From Fibrobacter succinogenes subsp. succinogenes S85 (GTDB taxonomy: Bacteria; Fibrobacterota; Fibrobacteria; Fibrobacterales; Fibrobacteraceae), in NCBI RefSeq assembly GCF_000146505.1, contig NC_017448.1, forward strand, positions 900,001 to 932,000: a stretch of DNA of 32,000 nt, in the 5' to 3' direction. Positions 24,133 to 32,000 of the stretch are shown piece by piece. Within the stretch, counting starts at the first letter, position 1; every line of letters starts with the position of its first letter. The notes beneath the pieces were generated by a model. It did no database searches, had not been told where the DNA came from, and was given only the letters and a program-made list of their open reading frames with translations. The position numbers and the translations under genes are program-made.

Positions 24133-27042
24133 ATGAGCATTTTTGACGCATTTAAACCGAAATGGCAAAATTCCAACCCCGCAAAGCGTAAGGAAGCAAT
24201 TGCAGACTTGGATGAACTCACTAGTCAAGATATTGTCGAACGAGTGGCCCTTTCTGATGATAATGTCGAAGTGCGAATGGCTGCAGTTAAGAAACTTGCA
24301 ATTATTAAGACACTTCAGGATATTTCGACAAAAGACAGCGATGCCGGCGTACGCCGTTTGGCAGAATCGAGAGCTTTCGAAGAAATCGTCAAAAAGCTGA
24401 AAAACTTTAACGAATCCGCTCTGAATAGCGAAGTCCTCGGTTACATCGAAGCCATCAAGGACACGCGCTATACTGAAGATGTCCTCAAGGCAACAGACAA
24501 CGTAAATCTGAAGAGAGAACTTGTCAAGCAGTGCAGCAAGCAGTCCCTGCTCGCCCAGATCGCTACCCGCGACTCTAGCGAAGAAATTGCACTGCAAGCC
24601 GCAGACCGCGTAACGTCAGAATCGTTACAGGCCGACCTCATCAAGAACTCCAAGCACACGTCCGTCCGCAAGAAGATTTCGGATAAAGTTCGTGCAAAGA
24701 AAGAAGCCGAAGACAACGGCAGAAAGGCAGCCGAACTCTTGCAGAGCAAGCGCGAAGCCCTTATCAAGCAGGCTCACTTCCTCGCCGCCCAGAAGGACGC
24801 TTTCGCCACCAAGCCGCAGTTTGAAGACTTAATGAACGAAGCGAACGCACTTGGCATGGGCGAATCTGCCGCAACGCTCAATGAAATTTACGAAAGCTTC
24901 AACAAGTTCTACGACGAAGCAAACGCCGCAAAGAAGGCCGCAGAAAATGCCGAAGCCGAAAAGCAGGCAAAGATTGCACGCCTCACGGAATCGCTCGCTG
25001 AACTCGAAGGATTGCTCGAAGCAGGCACGACCGAAGAAAACGCTGACCGCGTAAACGCCATCATCCAGGAATGGAACGAAGGCAAGTCCCTTATGGATGC
25101 AGCCTTGATCAAGCGCTTCAACAACGCCTACTTCAAGTCTCAAGAAGCAAAGAAGATTGAAATTCCGACCGCAGAATCTGAAAACGCAAGCGAAGAAGAA
25201 ATTGCCATCCGCAAGAGCCTTCTCGAACGTCTCCAGGCACTCTCCGAAACGGAAATCGATGAAAACACGGGCAAGCATCTGCATGCCATCGTCCGCGAAT
25301 GGGAAAAGCTCGCACTCCTCGAAGGCGACGATCCGATTCTCCAGGCATACAATGCTCTCCGCACCAAGCTGAGCGAACTCATCAGCGCATTCAACGAAAA
25401 GACCCAGAAGGTCATCGAAGAAAATTCCAAGAAGCTCCGCGGTCTCATCGAACGTATCCAGAACATCGACGAGAACCAGGAATTCCGCGAAATCCACAAG
25501 ATTCTCCGCGACACTTATCAGGAATGGAAGGAAATCGTTGGCGATCAGAAGTTCAAGTACCACGATCTCTGGCAGGAATACAAGATTGCCACCTCCCGTT
25601 TCCAGGAAATGCAACAGTGGGAAAACTGGCACAACGAAAAGGACCGCGACACCATCATCGAAGAAATGGACGCGCTCTCCAAGGAAACTCCGAGCCAGGC
25701 CGTGCTTGCCAAGTTCCGCGAACTCTGCGGCAAGTGGCGTGAAATCGGCCCGATTTCTGCAGCCAAGTTCCAGGACTACCGCGACCGCTTCCAGGCTCTC
25801 GTAGACAAGGTCAAGGAAAACTGCGCACCGTTCATCGAAGAACAGAACGCCGAACGCCAAAAGAACCTCGTCGACAAGGAAGCCCTCTGCCAGAAGGTCG
25901 AAGAACTCGTTGCAAACGCTGAAATTTTCTGGAAGGACAAGTTCAAGGCCGTGCAGGAAATCCAGGAAAACTGGAAGAACATTGGCATGGTCCCGAAGGA
26001 AGCTTTTGCAGCCCTCAACAAGCGCTTCAAGGACGCCGTAAACGCCTTCTATGCCCAACATAAGGAAAATGTGAAGCACGAAGACGAAAGCCGCGAAGCT
26101 AACTACGAAAAGAAGGTTGCCCTCTGCATCGAAGCCGAAGCCATCAAGGATTCGACAGACTGGAACGCCACCTCCACCAAGCTCAAGCAGTTGCAGGACG
26201 CATGGAAGGCAACAGGCCCAGTGCCGAAGAGCAAGTCCGACGAAATTTGGACACGCTTCCGCACCGCTTGCGATTCCTTCTTCGAAAAGAAGCGCAACCA
26301 CTTTGAAGAAATGGACGCCGCCAAGCAGAAGAACCTTGAACAGAAGCAGGCCCTCTGCGAAAAGCTCGAAGCTCTCGACATCGCCAATATCACTCCGGAA
26401 GTCATCGAAGCTTACAAGGCCATTGATGCTGAATGGAAGACGATTGGCATGGTCCCGAAGGACGCTGTCGAATCCATCAACGAACGCTTCAACGCAATCG
26501 TCAATAAGATTGTCGCCAAGATGGCTGAATCTGACCCGGAACTCCAGGCCAAGATTGCTGACATCAAGAAGAAAAAGCAAGAAATGATCGAAAAGGTCCG
26601 CCAGTTCGCCGAAAGCGCAGGCTCCAACCAGCTCGCCGATGCCGTTCGCGACATCCAGAAGGAATGGGTCACGCTCGGTTCTTGCGGTAACGACGATGAT
26701 GAACTCCGCAAGGCATTCCGCGATGTCTGCGATGACTTCTTCACCCGCCGCCGCGACCAGCTCGACATTCAGGAACAGGCTCGCCAGAACAACCTCCAAA
26801 AGAAGATTCTCCTCTGCGAACAGGCCGAAGACTTGCTCACTGACTTGAACGAATCTACAGTCGTGGCATCGATGAACAAGGTCAAGCATTTCCGCCGCTT
26901 GTGGAAGGAAGTCGGTGCAGTTCCTCGTGAACACTCCGAAAAGATCTGGAAGCGCTTCAATTCCGCTTGCGACCAGGTGTTTGCCTTCGGCCGCAAGGAC
27001 GAAAAGAAGGAAGAAGCTCCGGCAGCAACAACCGAAGCTTAA
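24133..27042 (+). CDS. DUF349 repeat protein with N-terminal HEAT-like repeats
   Basis: GGAG lies 7-10 nt upstream. There are roughly eight or nine ~75-aa repeats of the type (E/A)WK.IG.VP......(I/L)..RF..A.D.FF, for example AWKATGPVPKSKSDEIWTRFRTACDSFF and LWKEVGAVPREHSEKIWKRFNSACDQVF. Confidence 0.85.
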   Translation: MSIFDAFKPKWQNSNPAKRKEAIADLDELTSQDIVERVALSDDNVEVRMAAVKKLAIIKTLQDISTKDSDAGVRRLAESRAFEEIVKKLKNFNESALNSEVLGYIEAIKDTRYTEDVLKATDNVNLKRELVKQCSKQSLLAQIATRDSSEEIALQAADRVTSESLQADLIKNSKHTSVRKKISDKVRAKKEAEDNGRKAAELLQSKREALIKQAHFLAAQKDAFATKPQFEDLMNEANALGMGESAATLNEIYESFNKFYDEANAAKKAAENAEAEKQAKIARLTESLAELEGLLEAGTTEENADRVNAIIQEWNEGKSLMDAALIKRFNNAYFKSQEAKKIEIPTAESENASEEEIAIRKSLLERLQALSETEIDENTGKHLHAIVREWEKLALLEGDDPILQAYNALRTKLSELISAFNEKTQKVIEENSKKLRGLIERIQNIDENQEFREIHKILRDTYQEWKEIVGDQKFKYHDLWQEYKIATSRFQEMQQWENWHNEKDRDTIIEEMDALSKETPSQAVLAKFRELCGKWREIGPISAAKFQDYRDRFQALVDKVKENCAPFIEEQNAERQKNLVDKEALCQKVEELVANAEIFWKDKFKAVQEIQENWKNIGMVPKEAFAALNKRFKDAVNAFYAQHKENVKHEDESREANYEKKVALCIEAEAIKDSTDWNATSTKLKQLQDAWKATGPVPKSKSDEIWTRFRTACDSFFEKKRNHFEEMDAAKQKNLEQKQALCEKLEALDIANITPEVIEAYKAIDAEWKTIGMVPKDAVESINERFNAIVNKIVAKMAESDPELQAKIADIKKKKQEMIEKVRQFAESAGSNQLADAVRDIQKEWVTLGSCGNDDDELRKAFRDVCDDFFTRRRDQLDIQEQARQNNLQKKILLCEQAEDLLTDLNESTVVASMNKVKHFRRLWKEVGAVPREHSEKIWKRFNSACDQVFAFGRKDEKKEEAPAATTEA

Positions 27043-27066
27043 GCGAAAAACATATAAGCAAAAAAG

Positions 27067-27100
27067 AGGATGGCAGAAAAGCCATCCTTTTTCTATTTTT
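27067..27100 (+). terminator. Rho-independent terminator after the DUF349 gene
   Basis: AGGATGGC - AGAAAA - GCCATCCT hairpin followed by TTTTCTATTTTT. Confidence 0.8.
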
Positions 27101-27105
27101 GGGTC

Positions 27106-28065
27106 ATGAAATTTCCGCCATGGACAAGTGTAAGCGAAGCAGCCCGCCTCCTCAAGGAAGGCGAAGTCGTCGCCATCCCGACAGAAACGGTTTACGGGCT
27201 CGCCGGTAACGCTTTCGAGCCCAAAGCTCTCGCCAAGATTTTCGCAGCTAAAGAACGCCCGACGTTCGACCCGCTGATTGTCCATATCGCAGACATTGCT
27301 CAACTCACCGACATCGCCAAGGACATCCCCGATAGCGCCTACAGACTCGCCGAAGCTTATTGGCCGGGCCCGATGACGATTATCCTTCCCAAGAAGGATT
27401 GCATCCCCGACCTTTGCACAAGCGCCCTCCCCTCCGTGGCCGTGCGCTTCCCGAGCCATCCGATTGCACAGGCAATCATCAAGGAATCCGGACTCCCGCT
27501 TGCCGCTCCAAGTGCAAACCTCTTTAAGCACGTGAGCCCCACGACCGCTGAACACGTTGCCGCCCAGCTCGCCGACCGCATCGCGGGAATCGTCGATGGC
27601 GGGCCGTGCTCCGTTGGCGTCGAAAGTTCCATCATCTCGCTCGTCGGTGAACCGACCGTGATGCGTCCAGGCGCCATCACGCCAGAGATGTTCAAGGCCA
27701 TTCTCGGTGAAGTGAAAATCAAGGAATCTACATCCAAGCCGGGCCAGCCAATGCTCGCCCCCGGCCAATGCGACACGCATTACCGCCCGCAAGTCCCGCT
27801 TTACTACGGTGAAGTTCCAGCAGGCTACGCGCTCCCCGAGCATACCGTTCGCATAGCATTCGGTACACAGCAAGGCCCTGTTCCTGCAACTGTAAATTTG
27901 TCAGCAACAGGCGACATGGTCGAAGCGACCTCCAAGCTTTACGCATTCATGCACGACCTTGACGACCCCAAGTTCGATTTGATTCTCGTGGACCCCATCC
28001 CGAACACAGGCGTTGGCATGGCGCTCAACGACCGCTTGAAACGCGCAAGCATTAAGTCATTATAG
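27106..28065 (+). CDS. tsaC: L-threonylcarbamoyladenylate synthase (TsaC/Sua5, YrdC domain + Sua5 C-terminal domain)
   Basis: GEVVAIPTETVYGLAGNA, SANLF and HYRP motifs. Start moved to ATG 27106 because the ORF-track start at 27070 lies inside the upstream terminator hairpin. Confidence 0.9.
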   Translation: MKFPPWTSVSEAARLLKEGEVVAIPTETVYGLAGNAFEPKALAKIFAAKERPTFDPLIVHIADIAQLTDIAKDIPDSAYRLAEAYWPGPMTIILPKKDCIPDLCTSALPSVAVRFPSHPIAQAIIKESGLPLAAPSANLFKHVSPTTAEHVAAQLADRIAGIVDGGPCSVGVESSIISLVGEPTVMRPGAITPEMFKAILGEVKIKESTSKPGQPMLAPGQCDTHYRPQVPLYYGEVPAGYALPEHTVRIAFGTQQGPVPATVNLSATGDMVEATSKLYAFMHDLDDPKFDLILVDPIPNTGVGMALNDRLKRASIKSL

Positions 28066-28128
28066 CCATGAGGTCGGCACTTCGTGCCTCTGGGCTATGG
28101 GGTATGAGGTTATTGTAATCGGAAAAGC

Positions 28129-28857
28129 TCAAATCGGAAACAGCGGGTAGTGTTCCTTAGTATAGGCACGCGTGAAAGCGTTGAAATGCCACCATTCACT
28201 AGAGAGCATCACCCACCCCGCACGCTTCATAATATTGCGCAACAAATTGCGGTTATCAATTTGCTGTTGAGTAAGGCGCCCGGACTTTAAAGCATCGGCC
28301 TCGCCCACAAATCCCGCACAACGCTCAAACGAATCAAAGTCAGCCCCCATGTCTAGCAAATTGCCAGTGCTATCGGCAATGCCTAAATCAAGCGCAAGCC
28401 CGTAATTGTGGAGCCCGCCCGTCTTGCCCGACGAAACGAAATGACTGTAAGGCGTCCCCGCCACAGATTGTTTCAGAACCGATTGCGCATACATCGGACG
28501 CGCCGCATCAAAGATTACAAGCGAATATCCCGGTAATTCCTTGGCGATAATCGAGAGCGCACGTTTGAGCTTTGGCAAACCGTCTTTATGGATAAATGCA
28601 CGCTGGATACCGCAATACATGTCGTGACCGGTCACGTTGTTAAACGTGGCATAGCGCAGGTCCATGCGGAGCCCGCGCATATACGTAATTTCGACCAAAT
28701 TAGAATCGTGACTGGCGTAATCCACCCATTGCTTTGCCGAAGAGCAATAACGCAAAGGCTTTGCAGGCTTCGGCGGCACAAACAAGCTATCCGTCTCATG
28801 CGCAAACGAAAAAAACGTTGACACTATAAAAATTACAACAAAAAAGAAACGTGCCAA
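28129..28857 (-). CDS. Exported D-alanyl-D-alanine dipeptidase (VanX/DdpX-like, peptidase M15D)
   Basis: LVIFDAARP, GGLHNYGLALDL and SEWWHF motifs with an N-terminal signal peptide. The apparent TTG start (28855-28857) has GAGG 6-7 nt upstream on the minus strand. Confidence 0.8.
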   Translation of the reverse strand: MARFFFVVIFIVSTFFSFAHETDSLFVPPKPAKPLRYCSSAKQWVDYASHDSNLVEITYMRGLRMDLRYATFNNVTGHDMYCGIQRAFIHKDGLPKLKRALSIIAKELPGYSLVIFDAARPMYAQSVLKQSVAGTPYSHFVSSGKTGGLHNYGLALDLGIADSTGNLLDMGADFDSFERCAGFVGEADALKSGRLTQQQIDNRNLLRNIMKRAGWVMLSSEWWHFNAFTRAYTKEHYPLFPI

Positions 28858-28887
28858 AGATGACCTCGTTTCACTAACCTTGACAAT

Positions 28888-28922
28888 TTTTTTCTTTCGT
28901 CTTTCGTCTTTCGTCTCTCGTC
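28888..28922. repeat. Five tandem heptamers TTTTTTC TTTCGTC TTTCGTC TTTCGTC TCTCGTC (minus strand: GACGAGA GACGAAA x3 ...)
   Basis: Read directly from the sequence. The array begins 3 nt after the stop codon of the minus-strand OMP gene. Confidence 0.85.
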
Positions 28923-28925
28923 TAA

Positions 28926-31277
28926 TTAAATTCCCAATTGCACTTCTACGCCAAACTGGAAGTAGAGTCCCATGCCCTTTGCTATAAACGGCACGAGGTC
29001 ATAGCCATTCGCGGTATTCTTGTCGTTATCGCGAGCGACCCAAGAACGTTCTCGTCCGTTTTCCGAACCGAGGAACTTGAGAGCAGCCACATCAAGCTTC
29101 GAGAAGATGTTATCGAGTTCAAGGTAGAATCTTGCATTTCTAAAGAATCCCTTCGTCTTCGTCAAATCGAGATTCACACGAACATCTGTTCTGTACAAAT
29201 CCGTAAATTCATTGTAGTCCTTAAGCTCTCGAGTTCCGCCCTTGCCATTCGATGCAGGCTTAATCGCATAGTAGTAAAGCGGTCTATGCCATGCCGCATG
29301 GTGCGTCAAAATCACCGAGACAATCGAGTCCTTTCGCGGATAATATCTAAAGTGAGAAACGATATCAAAGCGAGAGTTTGCTTCCCACGGCAAAGACTTT
29401 CCATTTTCAAGTTCGTATTCACCGTACACAGAACTTGCATTCATCGCCATCGAGAAGTGGTGCGACGTTTTCCATTCAAGCGAGCCCGAGGCACCAGAAA
29501 CCCAAGCGTAATCAACCGGAGTCACATCATTGTAATTGGCAAAAGCCTTCGGCAACGGGAGGAGCGGATCAAAGTAGAAACGTCCAAAGCCCGAGAACTG
29601 TGCCACCAAGTATTTGGAACGGTAGCCAAAGCCAAGCTTAAGCGATGTTCCCGATTCCAAACGTCCGGTCAAATCGCCATCGTCAAAGTAATGCTTCCAG
29701 TCTGCACGATAGGCAGCATTACCAAAGAGTCTCCAATAAGCCGAGTCCGTTTTGGACAAATTGCGTTCCATATCGAAGGAGGCCGTCGGCAAAGCCTTAT
29801 GGTCCATAGCATCAGCCACAGCACCCACAGAAAGCATGTGCTCCGAATAATTATCCTTCCAGTCAAGCGTTACAGCGCCAGACAAAACGCCCGTCTGGTA
29901 ATCGCTGCTTTCTTCGCCACCAGTAACCGGGAAACTGCGTTCAACCAAATGATGTTCATAAAGAACGGCACCACGCAAACCCGCACCAAAGATATCAGCA
30001 TGGAAATCCTTGTCTGCACCGGCACTGAGCGTCGTATGCGTTTGGCTATAACCGTCAATAAATGTTCTTGCAGATTCATCCGAGAGCTTTCCCGAACGGA
30101 ATCCGGTCGTATCACGCAACGTATCGCTCAAGCTTTCGCGAACAAGTCCTGCATGGAAGCTAGCCCCAAACTTCGAAGCGTACTCAGCGCCAATAACCAA
30201 ATAGCTTTGGCTACCATCAATAATATCAATTGAATTGATAGCACCGTAAGTGGACGAAGTATCTTGGCTAATCGTATATTCGTCGGAACTGTACAAGGCA
30301 CGCAAAGCCCAAGTCTTGTTACCAAGCGAATCAGAGCCGTTCAACTGGGCATAAATATCAAATGCCGAAAGGTCAAACGGGTCCGAAGACTTCACCTTGC
30401 AGTCGCCAGAGCAATCGTCACCTCGCTTGCGGAATTCCGTAAAGAACTTTTCGCCAAGGTTCTTGAGCATATCGCCATCAAGGCGGCGGAACGCAAAGCG
30501 GAAGCTATCCCAGATAAAGAACGGAGCATCAAGCACAACTTCCTGGAGCGTAAGACCGGCAGAGCCTCTCAGCCCCCACTCGCCCTTCGTCTGTTCCGGA
30601 ATGTATTGGATAGATGTCGCCAAGCCCTGACCAACAGGTCCCTGTCCATAATGGTCATGCACTTCAATCCCGCTCAACGTATGCGGATTGATGATAGACA
30701 AGTTGCCCGGGAAACCCACGTCCAGGTGGCGCATGTTCGGGATGCGGAGGCGGCCCAAATGATAGGCAACATCGCTTGCACGAGATCCATCGTAATAAAG
30801 GGCGCTACTAAAATCCTTCTGTCCAGAAACACCAGGCATCTGGCTCAAGTGTTCCGTCAAGTCAAAACGCATGCCCGCTGCATCTTCGAGCTTTTCGAGT
30901 TTCACTGTACGTTCAACTTCCCACTTGATCGGTTCGCCATCGCCAATAATCGTGCTTGCACCGAGATTCGTGACATTCGTGCTGAGCGTAATCACCATGT
31001 CCAGGAGGTCAGCATAATCCTGCAAATCCACAAAGACGCTATCGAAGCCCTCTTTCTTGAACACGAGCGATGCATTCTTGGAATCCACCGTGAGTTCAAA
31101 ACGACCTCGGGAATCCGTCTCCCCGATTCGCTTGCCAGACTGATACGTAATAGCCACATCCTTGACTGGCAAATCCGATTCTGCTTCAAGGACGACACCG
31201 ATAACCGTTGTAGGCGAAGCCGCAAAGACCCCAACCACAATAAACAGGACAAAACTGAAAAATAAGCGGAAATTCAT
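28926..31277 (-). CDS. TonB-dependent-receptor-like outer-membrane protein with an N-terminal carboxypeptidase-regulatory-like domain
   Basis: Signal peptide. CarbopepD_reg-like VIGVVLEAESDLPVKDVAITYQSGKRIGETDSRGRFELTV. A plug-like segment precedes a long beta-strand-patterned region that alternates aromatic and Gly residues. Confidence 0.75.
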   Translation of the reverse strand: MNFRLFFSFVLFIVVGVFAASPTTVIGVVLEAESDLPVKDVAITYQSGKRIGETDSRGRFELTVDSKNASLVFKKEGFDSVFVDLQDYADLLDMVITLSTNVTNLGASTIIGDGEPIKWEVERTVKLEKLEDAAGMRFDLTEHLSQMPGVSGQKDFSSALYYDGSRASDVAYHLGRLRIPNMRHLDVGFPGNLSIINPHTLSGIEVHDHYGQGPVGQGLATSIQYIPEQTKGEWGLRGSAGLTLQEVVLDAPFFIWDSFRFAFRRLDGDMLKNLGEKFFTEFRKRGDDCSGDCKVKSSDPFDLSAFDIYAQLNGSDSLGNKTWALRALYSSDEYTISQDTSSTYGAINSIDIIDGSQSYLVIGAEYASKFGASFHAGLVRESLSDTLRDTTGFRSGKLSDESARTFIDGYSQTHTTLSAGADKDFHADIFGAGLRGAVLYEHHLVERSFPVTGGEESSDYQTGVLSGAVTLDWKDNYSEHMLSVGAVADAMDHKALPTASFDMERNLSKTDSAYWRLFGNAAYRADWKHYFDDGDLTGRLESGTSLKLGFGYRSKYLVAQFSGFGRFYFDPLLPLPKAFANYNDVTPVDYAWVSGASGSLEWKTSHHFSMAMNASSVYGEYELENGKSLPWEANSRFDIVSHFRYYPRKDSIVSVILTHHAAWHRPLYYYAIKPASNGKGGTRELKDYNEFTDLYRTDVRVNLDLTKTKGFFRNARFYLELDNIFSKLDVAALKFLGSENGRERSWVARDNDKNTANGYDLVPFIAKGMGLYFQFGVEVQLGI

Positions 31278-31343
31278 ACTTTCAAAATAGATATTTTATG
31301 CAAGAAAAATTCATGTGGTTCCTCAACATCTTATATTATACGC

Positions 31344-32000
31344 ATGCTTAAAGTTTATTTAGTCCAATTTGACAGCGCCAAAGGCAACAAAACCGAAAAT
31401 CTCGCCCGTGCAAAGAAGATGATTCTCGATGCAAAGCCCAATGCGGGGAGTCTCGTGCTCCTTCCCGAGATGTTCGCCACAGGGTATGTCCCCGCAGACC
31501 TCGACAAAGCCGCTGAAGACTTCAGCTCAAATTGTACTGGTGAAACAGCACGCACCCTCTCCGAAATTGCAGACGAAACGAACTGTACCATCATGGGTGC
31601 AGGCATTACCCGCGCAAGCACCGGATTTTATAACCACGTAAGCATCTACAAGCCCAACGAAGCCCAGGAATTCCGCGGCTACAACAAAATGAACTTGTTC
31701 TTCCCCGAAAAAGAAAGCTTCAAGGCGGGTAGTGAAATTAATTTATTTAAGTTTAACAATTGGTCCATTGCTTCGTTTATCTGCTACGACCTGCGATTCC
31801 CCGAAATTTTCCGCGAAGTAACCAAAAAAGGCGCAAACCTCATCACGATCCAGGCTGCGTGGCCCGCCAAGAGACGAGCCCATTGGGAAACGCTCCTCAG
31901 AGCCCGCGCCATTGAAAACCAGGTCTATATCGCCGCCGTAAACGCCGTCAGCGAAAGCAACGCCCAAAAGCTCCCGCTTGCAGGGACTTCCCTCATTATT
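31344..32000 (+). CDS. Carbon-nitrogen hydrolase (nitrilase superfamily), 3'-truncated by the window end
   Basis: My own translation from ATG 31344 is open to nt 32000: MLKVYLVQFDSAKGNKTENL...LLPEMFATGY (Glu), YNKMNLF (Lys), SFICYDLRFPE (Cys), AAWPAKRRAHWETLLRARAIENQVY. It is absent from the ORF track because no stop lies within the window. Confidence 0.85.
   Translation, partial: MLKVYLVQFDSAKGNKTENLARAKKMILDAKPNAGSLVLLPEMFATGYVPADLDKAAEDFSSNCTGETARTLSEIADETNCTIMGAGITRASTGFYNHVSIYKPNEAQEFRGYNKMNLFFPEKESFKAGSEINLFKFNNWSIASFICYDLRFPEIFREVTKKGANLITIQAAWPAKRRAHWETLLRARAIENQVYIAAVNAVSESNAQKLPLAGTSLII

Noticed and set aside
24829-27873. A 1014-aa minus-strand ORF spanning the DUF349 gene, its terminator and most of tsaC.
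   Set aside because: It lies antisense to two genes with clear family signatures. Its translation is low-complexity (F/L/V/E/D/G runs such as FFDDLLGLFVECADEF), as expected from the complement of K/E/A-rich codons. It runs straight through a strong terminator hairpin. It stays open simply because the sense codons whose complements are stops (TTA, CTA, TCA) are rarely used in that register. This is a shadow ORF.
28075-28087. cGGCAC-TTCGT-GCC, resembling a -24/-12 sigma-54 element between tsaC and the VanX-like gene.
   Set aside because: The GG-to-GC spacing is one nt too short, the sequence is a simple 5-bp hairpin (GGCAC/GTGCC), and it lies between convergent gene ends where no promoter is needed.
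1-32000. A search for mobile-element or defence hallmarks (transposase, integrase, recombinase, toxin-antitoxin pairs, restriction-modification, cas, tRNA attachment sites, long terminal inverted repeats).
   Set aside because: None was recognised in any frame. The only methyltransferase is RlmI-like (an RNA type) with no partner nuclease. The AT-rich segment at 18257-20640 has no flanking direct repeats beyond a chance 7-mer (AGACAAC).

Overview
This is a 32-kb chromosomal window that looks like a Fibrobacter-type (FCB-group) genome. That assignment is an unverified inference from protein families and poly-Ser linkers. I count about 27 protein genes and recognise no rRNA, tRNA, CRISPR, transposase or integrase.

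Left third: a histidine kinase / single-domain response regulator / sigma-54 enhancer-binding-protein operon (2-4295). It is followed by minus-strand housekeeping genes: an RlmI-like methyltransferase, nrdR and tkt.

Middle: a GT-C (ArnT/PMT-like) membrane glycosyltransferase fused to a C-terminal NPCBM carbohydrate-binding module, with a polyprenyl-phosphate GT2 partner (8336-11935), then gmk. After gmk comes the least conventional part of the window and my main candidate for an undescribed system. It is a tightly coupled operon (12851-18256) of a condensation-type (HxxxDG) acyltransferase, a 1062-aa exported FGE-sulfatase-like / beta-propeller / poly-Ser / SGNH(DltD)-like protein, and a Cys-rich U32-like protein. 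A markedly AT-rich string of five membrane-protein genes follows (18281-21344).

Right third: priA, a 969-aa DUF349 repeat protein, tsaC/sua5, a periplasmic VanX-like D-Ala-D-Ala dipeptidase downstream of a TonB-dependent-receptor-like outer-membrane protein, and a 3'-truncated nitrilase-superfamily gene.

Non-coding layer: many spacers consist of short tandem arrays of degenerate heptanucleotides (GACGAAA, CTAGTAA, AGTAGNN, ATTGACY, TGAGGTA). For two of the word families (GACGAAA and TGAGGTA), the copies next to a stop codon read in the sense of the gene that has just ended. A 37-nt hairpin element is duplicated on both sides of the GT2 gene. Long antisense shadow ORFs (up to 1014 aa) are judged non-coding.
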